DNA of 64,000 nucleotides from Macrostomum lignano (lineage: Eukaryota). Position 1 is the first letter of the stretch. Each line of letters begins with the position of its first letter. The translations under genes were made by a program, and so were the position numbers. This document shows positions 26,162 through 38,529 of this stretch, in pieces. The notes below the pieces were generated by a model. It saw only the letters and a program-made list of their open reading frames with translations. It did no database searches and was not told where the DNA came from. The DNA lies in contig NIVC01002247.1 in NCBI GenBank assembly GCA_002269645.1, positions 1 to 64,000 on the forward strand, written 5' to 3'.

Positions 26162-28480
26162 TGAGCGCGATGGCAGCTTCGGAGCATTTCTAAGAAACAC
26201 TGCAGCAGCTTTAGGTGACTTGCTTTGCATGGGCTTGCAGTTGTAGATAAATGCTGATAAATTTTCCACCTTGGATTTTCTCTGAAGCCGCACGAAATAC
26301 GCGTGCTTTACTTCAAGTTCGCCTGACAGTCGGTTTCAGTATTGCTCAAATGTGTCCGTAAAAAATCTCGAGAGTGTTGAATTGGCCGAAAATTATTTGC
26401 TGCTGATACTATATCGTCTTTTCTGTCATGTGTGCAAACAAATGTATTATTTTTTGGTGGTGGCTAAAAATTATATATCTTGATTCTTGATTCTTCGAAT
26501 TACATGTATCGCAAAGCACAAGCGTCATACTTTGCTTCGATGGCATCCTTCATATGTCAGGAAAGGACCATATGTACAGAATAACAAGATATCTTTTTGT
26601 CGCCTTAATTTGAAGTGTCTTTTAATTATGGCCTTAAGCAATCAAGAATTCTAGAATCTATATAAAATGCTTTGCTATTTCACAGCGCTGATTTGACACT
26701 AAATTGTGTTGATAATTCAACGTAAAATGCTTTGAAACATTTGTATTCATTTTTTTATCTAGACAGAAAAAGTATCATGACCACGCGCCGGCGAATTTTT
26801 GAGTGGAAAACTTCATAGTTAATTTCTTCCGATACGTTCATATCCTAGACCAGCAAGACTTGGAAACAACAACAAAAAGAACAGAAGGCAGATATTTCTT
26901 CTGCATGTAGGAGCGTGTATGGGTATGAGAATGGATACATGTACATATAAGGCAGACAGAGTGGAACTACTCGTACAAGGAAGTATAATTTACATCGTTC
27001 ACTTTCATGTTATGGGCATCCGTTATTAAAGCTATGTATCAATCATACTAAGCAAAAGACTTTTGGCACGGTATGTGATCCAGCCAACCCTAGGCTTTTC
27101 CTACTACTACCTGTGGCTCTATATAGTGCCTATTGAGTGCCTTTTTACATTTGTTACAGACCGTTGAAACCGAAACCGAGTTAAAAATCAAATTATTAAT
27201 TAATCTCTAGAAAAGCTCGCATGAGCAGAATTATTGTAAAAACCACAATGTCATTAGACGTGCTAGGACGACGGGTTTTACTTTTCTGGTAGGGTATTTC
27301 ACTACCTGCATCATTTAGATATTTTTACTATTCATTCGATTCTAAACCCAGGCCGGGTTCGTTCAAATTAGCGGGTGAAATTTTATGGAATGATTAAACA
27401 AAATATCTTTGATCAGCCTCTTAAGGTTGCAGAAAAATCCTTAATGAAACTATTTCGGCGTATGCAGTCCTTCAATTCTCAAAATCAAATCACAAATGAC
27501 TTTCTAATAGCAAATACTGAACAATGCACAATTTTTATTTCTGAAATACGTGGCGTGGAATCTGTAAATTCTGTTATGTGTTTCCACATATCTAAACAGT
27601 TTCCATATTAAACAATAATTAATCAAATATATTTCCACATAATTAAACGCTAGCCGCAGCCACAATAAATACTCAATAAATATCAATGCTCTAGTCTATT
27701 CAAGTATAAAATTTAAATTAAGGCTCAAAATAAATGATTGCTTCTAAATTGATAAAAAATAGGTTGATTGCGGCCATAATAAGCCTATTAATTTTAGACT
27801 AGTACTAAATGCTTTAAAAGCGTCATACTTTGCTGAGCTGTAATTGTTAGAGCCACTTAACTAAGCCACCTAAAATATATCTATTCTAGTTGTATATATA
27901 TACTGGAAACTAAGTTTAATAAGACAATGACAAGTACTAAATAAGCCTAGATATAATAATTTGTAGTATAATAATAAATGTATATTTTTATTTTTTGTCA
28001 TCAATTTTGCAATTTACCCTTGGTCTATCATAATTTATGCTAGCTACATCAATCAGGTTGGTTGGCATTGGCAACTGCCTATGCATGCCTAAAGCCAAGG
28101 GGTTATTATTTTAACTCTAAGGTAAGGATGACAAAAGCCAAAAAGGTATAGATAAAAAATATTTGGTTTATATTTTGATTTTATTAGGCCTATTCTAACC
28201 ACTTGGAAACATATAACCCTATCTGCTAAAGATAATTTTTTTCTAATAAGGAATAGCTTACATAGGCTTAGACCAATAGCAAGTCAATTCACTGAAAGTA
28301 AGTTTTTTTGCCAAAGTTTTGTGATATAGGCCTATGCCCATTGTAAAATGAACAAGTAAACAAATTACATTGCAATTTTAAATTTTAAAATGTTAAAACA
28401 TTAAAATGAAGGTCTTATTTTTCTAATTATCTCCTAGACTAGAGCCTATATCCTACCCTATATGGCTATACTATGTGCAC

Positions 28481-29328
28481 TAGGGAATATAATCTTAGGA
28501 TTCTAGGATCTTAGAATCTTGGGATTAGGCCTAAATCTTGGGATTCTGAATCCCAGGAATATCGTTAGACCTAAATCCCAAGATTAAATCCTAGGATCAC
28601 AACTGTCTAGGATTGACCATTGAGATCCTAATACCATTTTGCAATAATTCAATCATTCATTTTCAAGTTAATATCTGCAGCTAAGATATTTTTCAATTAA
28701 AAAATGATAATATAGTTGTCCTACTTTGATTTTTTAAACTTTTGAGCAAGTGAGTAGAAGGTTATAATAAGGCTATAGAGATAAATAAATAGAAGCTATT
28801 ATTAGGTTATAAAGGTATTTAAAGTGTAATAACATAACTATATAATCTTTACCTTCAAAATTCTTTGGCTATGATTGGGATTAGAACAGTAGGACCTTAC
28901 TATTGGACTATAACCCAAGCAATCAATTCTCTATCTAGGGTAGATGCTCCTGGGAAAATAAGTTCTGATCTCTTTTAACCCTGGCCTAGTATTAGTATCT
29001 TAGGCCATAGCTCTATAAGGTATCATTCTCCAGGTTATATCACAATCAAATGTGATTTTAAGCTAATACTAACAAGTAAAAAAGCATATCTATTATGCTA
29101 GCCTATATATCACACTCCAACTCAGAGCTTACTGTCAGTTTCTTGTTTTCAAAATCTTTTATTTTATTCTACTTTTATCTGATCATTAAAAGCCCTTTAA
29201 AATTAGATTAGATAGCTTTGTAAACCAACTGATACCAATAAAAATTAGAAACCTTTTAATCCTAGGATCCTGGCTAAATTTTCTCTAGGATTCTAGGATT
29301 GGCAAAACTTGGGATTTTATATTCCCTA
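28481..29328. mobile_element. Degenerate hAT-type MITE with 11-bp TIRs and imperfect 8-bp TSD
   Basis: TAGGGAATATA (28481-91) / TATATTCCCTA (29318-28). Flanks ATGTGCAC (28473-80) vs ATATACAC (29329-36). Subterminal degenerate (t/c)gggatt/ctaggat motifs at both ends. Confidence 0.65.
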
Positions 29329-30307
29329 ATATACACTTGTATGATTTATTCAAATTGTCTTTTAATACATATTGGCTCAATTGCAAAGCCCATCAGTGGC
29401 TGTTGTTGCACCTTAATATTTTATAGATAATAATAAAAGCCTATTCTTCATTTAAGTGATTGTTTAGATATTTTCTTATTAAAAATATATAAAACTTAGA
29501 CTTTACAACTAAATTATAAGACTTCCTAGGTTTTTTATAGATTTTTTATATTGGTGCTATAAATATTAGATTTTTTGGCAATAAATACTTTTTTAAAATA
29601 CCTACAAATAGTTTTTAATTGTTAGTTTGTTTGTTTTAATCCCAATATCAAGTTATTCATTGAGCATTGCCTAGAAACTATATCTGTTTTTCATTATATT
29701 CTTCCTAGACTAGGAAGATAAATAGGTAAATAATATTAGATTTGCCCATGGTTCTCTTTATAATTGCAAATTTTACTCTAATTTTATAAATATTGCCAAT
29801 TTGACATCTCAACTTTCCTTTATTGTTTGGCATCTTGTCAATTGCCATTAAAGTCACTGTCTAATACTAATCCTAACTTTACCTTTGAGTATTGAAATTT
29901 TTGAACTCCTTGAATCATAGCTTCTTATCAAAACTCAAGAAGCCTTGAAGACATGACCTTGTCTTGTTGTCAAGATATTCTTGTTATAAAAGAAGTTCCA
30001 ATTCTGAAGATCCCAATTTGAAAATAGATAATGGTTTACAATTTTGTTAATATTATTATATCACTCAGTAGTACGGATACCCGAGTGTGCAAAAGTATGG
30101 TTATTGAATCATCCCAGTCACTCACTTAAACATTTCAGTCATTGTTTATTTATTAAATTTGACTCAACAGAAACAGCCTACAGCTCTGCTAGCACTGACT
30201 GCAGGCATATCAGCAGATAAGTGAGCTATTTTAAGCAGCTCAGTTCTTCAGCATTGAGCCCAATAGTCAGTGACGCACTGCCAACAGTAAAGAAAGCGGG
30301 GGCAGTC

Positions 30308-33300
30308 ATGGCCGATCCAAACGCCAGTCGCTACCAACAGTACACGCCAGGATTCTACTATCCCCAGCAGCAGCAGCCGCCTCATGCCAGGCAGGACTCG
30401 GAGCCCTTCTGCCCCACCTCCGTGCCGCTCCCAGACAGGAACGGCTCGCACTTGTCCACCCCGGCTCAGGCGGAGGACCCGCCAAGCGGCGGCCAGGCCA
30501 GCGCCGGCTTCCAGTACCGGGACAACTCGGCCGGCTCCGAGTTCTCACCCGCACCGTCAGCTGCTGGATTCAAACCATATAACCGTTCTGCTGCTGGTAA
30601 CAATAATGCTCAATTGGCTTCCTCTTATGGACAAGGTACTAACGCGTCCAGCTTCCAGCCGCTTCATCAGCAACAGCAGCAACAGCTGCAGCAACAACAG
30701 CAGCAGCAGCAACAGCAGCAGCAACAGCAGCAGCAGCTGCAGCAACACCACAGCGCCGCCAGCAGCTTGGCAAAGCAGTATGACGACTATTTTGACAGTT
30801 GCATTCTGGCCAACCCGCAACAGGCCGACTATTATAGGCAGCAGAAGCAGGAGTACAGGCAGTACTTTGCCCAGCTCGGAGTCTTCACTGCCTGGGTGAG
30901 TGCGATGGGGCTGTGACTGGCGCTACCCCTCTCAAGCAGGGTGTTACAGCGACCCTGACTTCTCGTATTTCAATTCTGTAACCCAAATCGTGATAGAAAT
31001 ATTACTATTTAATTGCTTACCCGTGGGCCAGCTCTGCAAGTTAAGCAAACTTGCCCGCGGTTAGTACGCAGCTGAAATTTGCTGTTTGCGTCAACTGCAG
31101 TTCACCCTGCTGTGATTGGGCAGCAGCTCTGAGCTGCAGTTCACTCTGCTGTGATTGGGCAGCAGCTCTGAGCTGCAGTTCACCCTGCTGTGATTGGGCA
31201 GCAGATCTGAGCTGCAGTTCACTCTGCTGTGATTGGGCAGCAGCTCTGAGCTGCAGTTCACCCTGCTGTGATTGGGCAGCAGCTCTGAGCTGCAGTTCAC
31301 TCTGCTGTGATTGGGCAGCAGCTCTGAGCTGCAGTTCACCCTGCTGTGATTGGGCAGCAGCTCTGAGCTGCAGTTCACTCTGCTGTGATTGGGCAGCAGC
31401 TCTGAGCTGCAGTTCACTCTGCTGTGATTGGGCAGTCGGGTGATGCAGAGTGAAGTAGCGACCCCCCCCCCAAAAGTGCCAGCGCTGCACCTGTTGCCTG
31501 GCCAATTTGATTTTAAAAGTTAGCCCTGCCAATTTTCATCAAAGACTCTCAAAGACTTGCTTGATAGTCAACAGAGAATAATATCTATCACATTCAATGC
31601 CAGGGCGACACCTCGTCAGAGGCGGAGCCTGCCGGCCGCTGCACGCCGCTGAAGTTCAGCTTGCCGCACGCCCGCCTGTCGCTCTCCTGTCCTGGCCTGG
31701 CCGTCCAGGTGCCACCGTCCCGGCCGGACGAGGGCGAGCCGGCCAGGGTGCACCTGTTTGACAGCGCCTGTCTAGCGGCCGACTGGGACCGGGTGGACTT
31801 CTCCGCTTATCCCGGACCGCTGGTGCCCGGCGAGACACTGAAAAGCGAAGTTCGGGCCTTCCTGAACGCCAAGCTGGTGGAGATGCACGAGCGGCTGGCC
31901 GACACCGACTGGGAGGACGCCGCCCTGCTGATCGGCTTCCTGGACTTCCTTGTTAGGAATAATGGCGTGAGTGTGGCAGCTGGCTGGGTACTCTCTGATT
32001 TTTAAGACCTGGATAGACCTGTGTCCCCGAAATCCCCTATAAGGTCCTGTGCTCTAATCCTAAAACTTAAAATCCCCTTTTTATTAGAGGCTGGGGGCTA
32101 TGTGCACCCTGGCGTACTTTAAGCGACATTGTCGCACAACACAAGCGCGAGGATACGTACGCAGTCATGCGCAGAGGCACACACTCACACGAGTGTACAG
32201 CGGCCCAACTTTATTTATCGTTAGGCATGTACACTTCACTGTGCCCTGGGGGTTCGCCCTCTAGGCCGCTAATTGCACGAGCAGAGCCAAGCCGAGATTT
32301 CAATTTAGCTCCGGATTAATGTGACTGCACTTGGAATCGAGCCTGGGCCGCGGGAACATCAGAACGCCGCGCTTGATTACTAGGCAATGGCACCTTGCTA
32401 AAATCCTGAATTTTAGAGTCAGAAGGTCCTGAGTTCGAATATTTTGAGACTACAAAAATTCACTAATTCTCACAAGTCTCCAATCTGTGTTCGAATGGGG
32501 GGGGGCTGTAGGGCTAGCTACTCATAGGGCTAGCTACTCATAGGGCTAGCTACTCATAGGGCTAGCTACTCATAGGGCTAGCTACTCATAGGGCTAGCTA
32601 CTCATAGGGCTAGCTACTCATAGCGCTAGCTACTCATAGGGCTAGCTACTCATAGGGCTAGCTACTCATAGGGCTAGCTACTCAAGTCCTCGACTTGTGA
32701 GCGTTCAGACTTCTTTATTTCACTATGGGATTATGGAGTTTCGAGCCCCAGGCCACTGAAATCCCCAACTGATAGAGTCAGAGTCAGGGCCAAAATTGTC
32801 AGTGGCATCCCGACCCCCTCAACCGCAGATCGCAATGGGCAGCGACCTGTCCGACCTGCTGCTCGAGGGCCACGAGCTGCGCACCGCCACTACCGCAGCT
32901 ACAATGCTGCCTCCGGCCTTGACGCCTCCGCCGCCGACGTTGCCATGGACGCCTTCGCGTCGCTGCCACCAAGCGAGCCGGCGAGCGGCCGCGCCAGTCC
33001 GAACTCCGCCCAGCAGCAGCAGTCAGAGCTGGCCTCTGCGGCCGCTGCCGCTCTGTCCCAAGCCAGCCGTCAGCGCGATGACGCCGAGGCTGAGGCCGAG
33101 AAGCGGCTAGACAGATTCCGGAAGTTGCTGATGTACGGCCGGAAGCGCGAGGCGCTGGAGTACGCTAGTAGGCGCGGCCTGTGGGGCCAGGCTCTGTTTC
33201 TGGCTCACCAGATGGACGCGGGGCTGCACGCTCGGATGCTGGAGAGATTCGCTGCCAGAGCCATGCAGCCCGGGGACCCTCTGGTGGCGCTGTACCACTT

Positions 33301-36300
33301 CATGCAGGTCAGTGGGATCGATTTTGTTGCTTGGGTGGGAGTGGGGCTTAGCGGGGATGGGAGAGTGGGAGAGTCTTCACGCCAGATCGACAGGCTGGTC
33401 GAGGTGGCATCGAGCGTCGGTTTGATCGTCAACACGCTGAAGACCGAGGTGCTGATTGTGCCGGCCGACATCCCAGCGGACCTGACGTGCCGCGGCGCAG
33501 ACGGGCAGACGACCAGGCTCGCACGCTGCCAGCGGTTCACCTACCTCGGCGGTCTGATGCCCCACGTGGAAGAGGACCTCCGGCGGCGCAGAGGACTTGC
33601 CTGGGCGGCCTTTCGTTCGATCCGAGCCGTCCTCCAGTCCGAAGCGCTGCCCGACCGCCAGAGGGCTCGGCTGTGGCAGGCGGTGGTCGAAACCGTCCTG
33701 CTATACAACGCCGAGACGTGGACGCTGACGGCTACGCTGGAGCGGCAGCTGGACTCGGCGCACTCAGGGCTGCTCCGTGCGGCCTTTCGAGTTGACGAGA
33801 GCGTCGGGACCGAGGCCCTGTACGATCGGGCCAAGCTGCAGCGCCCGTCCATCATTCTGCGCCGGCGGCGACCTCAACTGGCGGGTCACGTGATCCGGGC
33901 TGAGGGCTACTGCCCCCAACCTGTTCAGGACGTCCTGCTGCTCACCTTGCAGGGTCCGTTCAGACGGGGTCAGGCCCGACCCGTCGATACGTGGACTGCC
34001 TGCTGTGCGACGCTGGGGCGCCCACACTGCCAACGGAGCGGACTTTGTTCGCTCCCAGGCTCTGCGGCGCGCCATCTGACGCGCCCTGTTCTAACTGCGA
34101 CTGTACATGCGGGGTCGCGTATTTTGTTGTTGTTGTTTGTTGAGAGTGGGGCTTAGCGGGGTGGACTCAGCAGTGGGATAAAAGAGGATGGGGAAGGGGA
34201 ATAAAATGATATTATTACCCCGTGACGCGCCCAGGGCCGGGAGCCGGAGCTGGCGGACCTGCGGCAGTGGCGGCCCTTCCTGGCCATGCTGCTGGCTAAC
34301 CGGGCTGACCGACCCCGCCTGGCCGCCGCCGCCGTCGCCCGCCTCGGCGACCGCCTGCTGGCCGCCGGGCGCCTCTACGCCTCCCAGCTGTGCCACCTCC
34401 TTGCCGGCGGCTGCGTTGCCCTTGACGACGCTACAGACGTCGACGGGGACAGCTTCGATGCCAAGTCGCTGGACCCGTTCCGGCCAGGCGGGCCCATCGA
34501 GCTGATCGGCTTCGACTCCGCCGCTGCCTCCGTCGCAGCCTCTGCCGGCTCGGCTTCGTCTGTTGCGGCGGCCGTTCCCAACGAAGCCGTGCAGCTCACC
34601 GAGGTCTTCGAGTTCGCTGTCGGCCTCCGCGATAGACGTCGCCGGCTCGACGGCGTCTGCCAGCGCCGCTTGTCGGCACGCCTGCTGCCCTACAAGTTTC
34701 TGTACGCTGTGCGGCTGCTGGACGCCGGCCTGAGCGAGGAGGCCTTCCGCTACTGCCGCAACGTCGGCCGCTGCCTGGTGCAACTGGACGGCTCCGAAGA
34801 GATTAACAAGTCCTCCACCCATTTTGAGTCGCTGATGTTGGAGATTCTGCGACTGGCCGAGCGGCTGCGCTGCCATCCGGCAGTGTCCGAGCACCTGGAC
34901 ACTGATTGGCTGGCTGAGCTGGCCGAACTGGCTGCTGGGCGGCGCAGGTGGCGACAGCAGCAGCAGATTCTGCCGCACCGGCCGTTCCAGCCTCCGCCTC
35001 CTGGGAATCTGCATCATGATCCCGCATCCTGGCGGCCGCCTCTGCAGCAGCAGCAGCAGCAGCCTCCTGTCTCGTGGACGCAGCAGCAAAGCTCGGCGAC
35101 GCCTGCCGCTGCAGCGTCTGCATCCTCGGTTCAAGTGGCATTTGACGCATTCGATGAGCCGGTATGACCTAACTCCGCTTAAACCCCCATATAGTTACTC
35201 GCATCAGAGTCACTTGCGTTGCCCCAGAGTCGTTTCAGGTAACACAGACAAAATAGGAAAGAAGTGACTCTAGATGACTCAATGGACAAGATGCCAGGTT
35301 ACCAGTGGCTAAAAATCGTCAAAGAGTCGCATAAGAGTCAATTTGAGGTGTTATATGACTCTGGGGCCGTAGAGTCTGATCTGAAGTGTGCTGCAGTCGC
35401 TGTAGAATCACGGCTTTGCAACTCACGTGATGCGCTCGTGACTCAACAGTTGCCTCTCCGTCGCATTACGGTTGTTTGAGACGTTTTCAACGAGCCAACT
35501 CCAAGGCACACAGAATTCCCCTGTACACCCTGTGTGAGCGTGTGTATGAGTGCGTTCCTGTGTACAGTATTGGCGCGCTTGTTTGTGCTCGGGAGTCTGT
35601 GGAATGAGCAGAATTGCTTCAGCGCTCCGGTTGTGGGACCGATGTCGCCGAAGGCTTTGCGCCATGGTGGCCGCAGTCCTCCTGCATTATTATCTTATGT
35701 ACACAATCCACCTCGCTGGTTTCCCATCTCAGGCCTCGCAGATCCCCGACTATCAGCGCCGGCGCGCCCTGTCCAGCAGCGCCTCGTCGCATGGCGGCGA
35801 ATCGTCGGCTGTCCAGGGCGCCGGCAGCGGCGCTCATTCGCGCCAGACATCGCCGGCACCGTCGTCGCCGCCTTCGTCGCCGGTGGCGCGACCACCGTAT
35901 GCGGTGAGTCGCGTGTACTGTATTACACTATATTCTTAGTCCTGTGGCTTTAGCACCCTCCCCTCCCCACCAAGCCTTGGCTGAATCCCAGATAATGTGG
36001 TGCCACTCAAAATTTTTTCATCTCCGCAGCCTCCGCCTGCCCCACCGCCTCAGCCGCCGCCGCTGCTGAAGTCGCAGCCTCCGCCTCAGCACCCGGTTCC
36101 GCCTGTGAGCCGTGGAGCCGCGAGGAGTCGGGATTCCAGCCTGAGCTCAGGCATGAGCCACCCGCAGCAGCGGCAGCAGCAGCAGCCCTATTCGCAGTAC
36201 CCAAGCCAGTCTGACTCGCACAACCAATACCAGCTCGGCCAACAGCGCTATCCCGTGCCGCAGTCCCAGCCTGAGGAGGCAGCAGCTCACGAGGAGCATC

Positions 36301-36634
36301 CGCAGTCGCTGGAGTTCGAACAGCAGCACCAATATCACCAGCAGCCGCCTCAGATGTATCAGCAATCGCAAGGGGCTTCTTATCAACCGCAGGCGCAGCC
36401 GCCTCCACCACAGCCAGAGGCTCAGCCGCCATCGGAGCACTATGGGCAGCTTCAGCAGGCTGAGCAGACTCAGCAGCCGCAGCAGCTCCATCTGCAATAC
36501 CAACAGCAGGCACAGCGGCAGACCCCACCATACCCACAGCCTCAGCCACCGCAGCAGAAGCAGCAGCAATACCCACAGCCCCAGCCACCGCAGCAGCAGC
36601 AGAAGCAGCAGCAATACCCACAGCCCCAGCCACC

Positions 36635-36667
<33 letters not shown>

Positions 36668-37754
36668 GCAGCAATACCCACAGCCCCAGCCACCGCAGCA
36701 GCAGCAGCAGAAGCAGCAGCAATACTCACAGCCCCAGCCACCGCAGCAGCATCAGCAGCAGAAGCAGCAGAAGCAGCAGCAATACTCACAGCCCCAGCCA
36801 CCGCAGCAGCTGCAGCAATACCCACAGACTCAGCCACCGCAGCAGCAGCAGCAATACCCACGAACTCAGCCACCGCAGCAGCAGCAATACCCACAGGCTG
36901 AGCCACCGCAGCAGCAGCAATACCCACAGTCTCAGCCATCACAGCAGCAGCAATACCCACAGTCTCAGCCGCCGCAGCAGCAGCAGTACCCACAGACTGA
37001 GCCACCGCAGCAGCAGCAATACCCACAGTCTCAGCCGTCGCAGCAGCAGCAGTACCCACAGACTGAGCCACCGCAGCAGCAGCAATACCCACAGTCTCAG
37101 CCGCCGCAGCAGCAGCAGTACCCACAGACTGAGCCACCGCAGCAGCAGCAATACCCACGAACTCAGCCACCGCAGCAGCAGCAGTACCCACAGACTGAGC
37201 CACCGCAGCAGCAGCAATACCCACAGTCTCAGCCGCAGGCTCCGCAGCCGACGACGCTGCAATACCAGCAGCAGCAGCGATTCCAGCCGCCTCCTCGTCC
37301 GTATCAAGTGGGCCAGCCAGTGACACAGCCGCCTCCCCAGCAGAGTCAGGCGCAGTCTCAGATGCAGTCGTCGCAGCAGAATCAAGCTGCTCAGCAGCAG
37401 CAATTGCAGCCGCCTCAACAACAGCAGCAGCCGCCGCCGCAGCAGCAGGCCAGCCAAGGCATGTTCTCTCGCATGTTCGGTAGGATGTTTGGCGGCGGCG
37501 GCGGCAGCGGTGCTGACAGCCAGCCGGAGCCAAGTCAGCAGGAGCCGCAGCAGCAGCCTCCGCCACCGATGTACATGCAGGCTTCGCAGCCGCAGCAGCA
37601 GCCTCCGCCACAGATGTACATGCAGACTTCGCAGCCGCAGAGGCAGCAACAGACATCAACTGCGGCCCCCGGCGGTCCGCCGCCGCCTCCGCAGCCGCTG
37701 CATTACTACGCCGCTGGTAAAAGTATTTTCTCCCCAGCGCCGGTGCCTCAGTGA
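30308..37754 (+). CDS. SEC16: COPII ER-exit-site scaffold Sec16 (apparent 1-nt frameshift at ~32883)
   Basis: Exons 30308-30895, 31604-31966, 32829-33307, 34235-35161, 35733-35903, 36030-37716/37754 (3' end uncertain: donor-like G|GTAAAA at 37717 or stop at 37754). Sec16 motifs: RCTPLKFSLPHAR, YPGPL, LVRNNG|IAMGSDLSDLLL, FRKLLMYGRKREALEYA...LWGQALFLA, QWRPFLAMLLANR, LGDRL...YASQLCHLLAG, LTEVFEFA, LLPYKFLYAVRLLDAG...AFRYC. Confidence 0.9.
31094..31435. repeat. 39-bp intronic minisatellite (ctgcagttcac[ct]ctgctgtgattgggcagcagctctgag), ~9 copies
   Basis: Directly visible. Confidence 0.93.
32075..32394 (-). mobile_element. tRNA-derived SINE-like element in Sec16 intron
   Basis: Minus strand begins GGTGCCATTGCCTAGTAATCAAGCG...CCCAGGCTCGATTCC (A-box-like and B-box-like), followed by a non-tRNA body ending near taataaaaagggg. 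Confidence 0.45.
32508..32685. repeat. 16-bp tandem repeat (agggctagctactcat), ~11 copies
   Basis: Directly visible. Confidence 0.92.
33357..34143 (+). mobile_element. 5'-truncated RTE-clade non-LTR retrotransposon in Sec16 intron
   Basis: RT C-terminus (VGLIVNTLKTEVL, FTYLGG, GLAWAAF, VLLYNAETWTLT, LAGHVIR), a (TTG)n-like tail, and an exact 18-bp TSD GAGTGGGGCTTAGCGGGG at 33339-56 and 34144-61. Probable frameshift near 33978. Confidence 0.9.
35215..35495 (+). mobile_element. Interspersed repeat copy A (gagtc/gactc-rich, MITE-like)
   Basis: ccagagtcgtttcaggtaacacagacaaaataggaaag and caactcacgtgatgcgctcgtgactcaacag match the reverse complement of 39980-40322. Confidence 0.65.
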
Positions 37755-38529
37755 CCGGCGCCTCTGGCCTAGCATGATAATCAATGATTTGCTAACTGAA
37801 AACCGCTCTACATGTAGCCCAGTGCTTTATTGTTGAATCATTTCGATTCAGCTCTCCTGCAATGTCTCATGCATCGTATTTTATAAGCCATTGCTTGTCG
37901 TCTGCTTAGGCCATAGTAATTTTTTTGTTGTTTTTTTCGAATAGAATTAAAGATTTCCAGAATGATGGTTGCTTGGCTTTAGTATTTTTGTGTCCACTAT
38001 CTTGCACTTATTCCCTAGAGTTCTTGATCGGATACAAATATTCTTCATGGATCAATTTCAAATCAGTCAGTGATTGCTAATTGGTGTGAGTCTTTCCTCA
38101 CCAAGTCCCTTTCATTTCGGTGCATAGAGCTATTATTATATACATATAATTAAATTTTTGTTTATTTAATTTGATTTCCGTGTGCTTCTGTACACCATAG
38201 CTCATACTATGTATATAATTAGCTGGCTTAAAAATCTGTTTGTGATGTAGCTGTTTTGTATTCGTGTGGTCCAGGTTGCGCTCTTGATTCTCATTCCCTA
38301 ATCTTCTTGGTTAGCTTCACTGGTTCATGGCCGTTAATTATATTCATTTTCAATTCGTTGTCCGTCTGTGTTGCATTTCTGCATGCAGAGGTGAATTGGC
38401 CAAATATAGTAACACTATACTACTGACACTAATCTGTTGCAGTCGGTCACTGCAGATTGTGTTTCCGCTCCAACATTTGCCCGAGATATTGAACTTAATG
38501 ACCTCGTTTTTTGTTCAAATATGTAGTGA

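Noticed and set aside
36007-37659. 550-aa Ala-rich minus-strand ORF
   Set aside because: Antisense shadow of the CAG-rich Sec16 exon.
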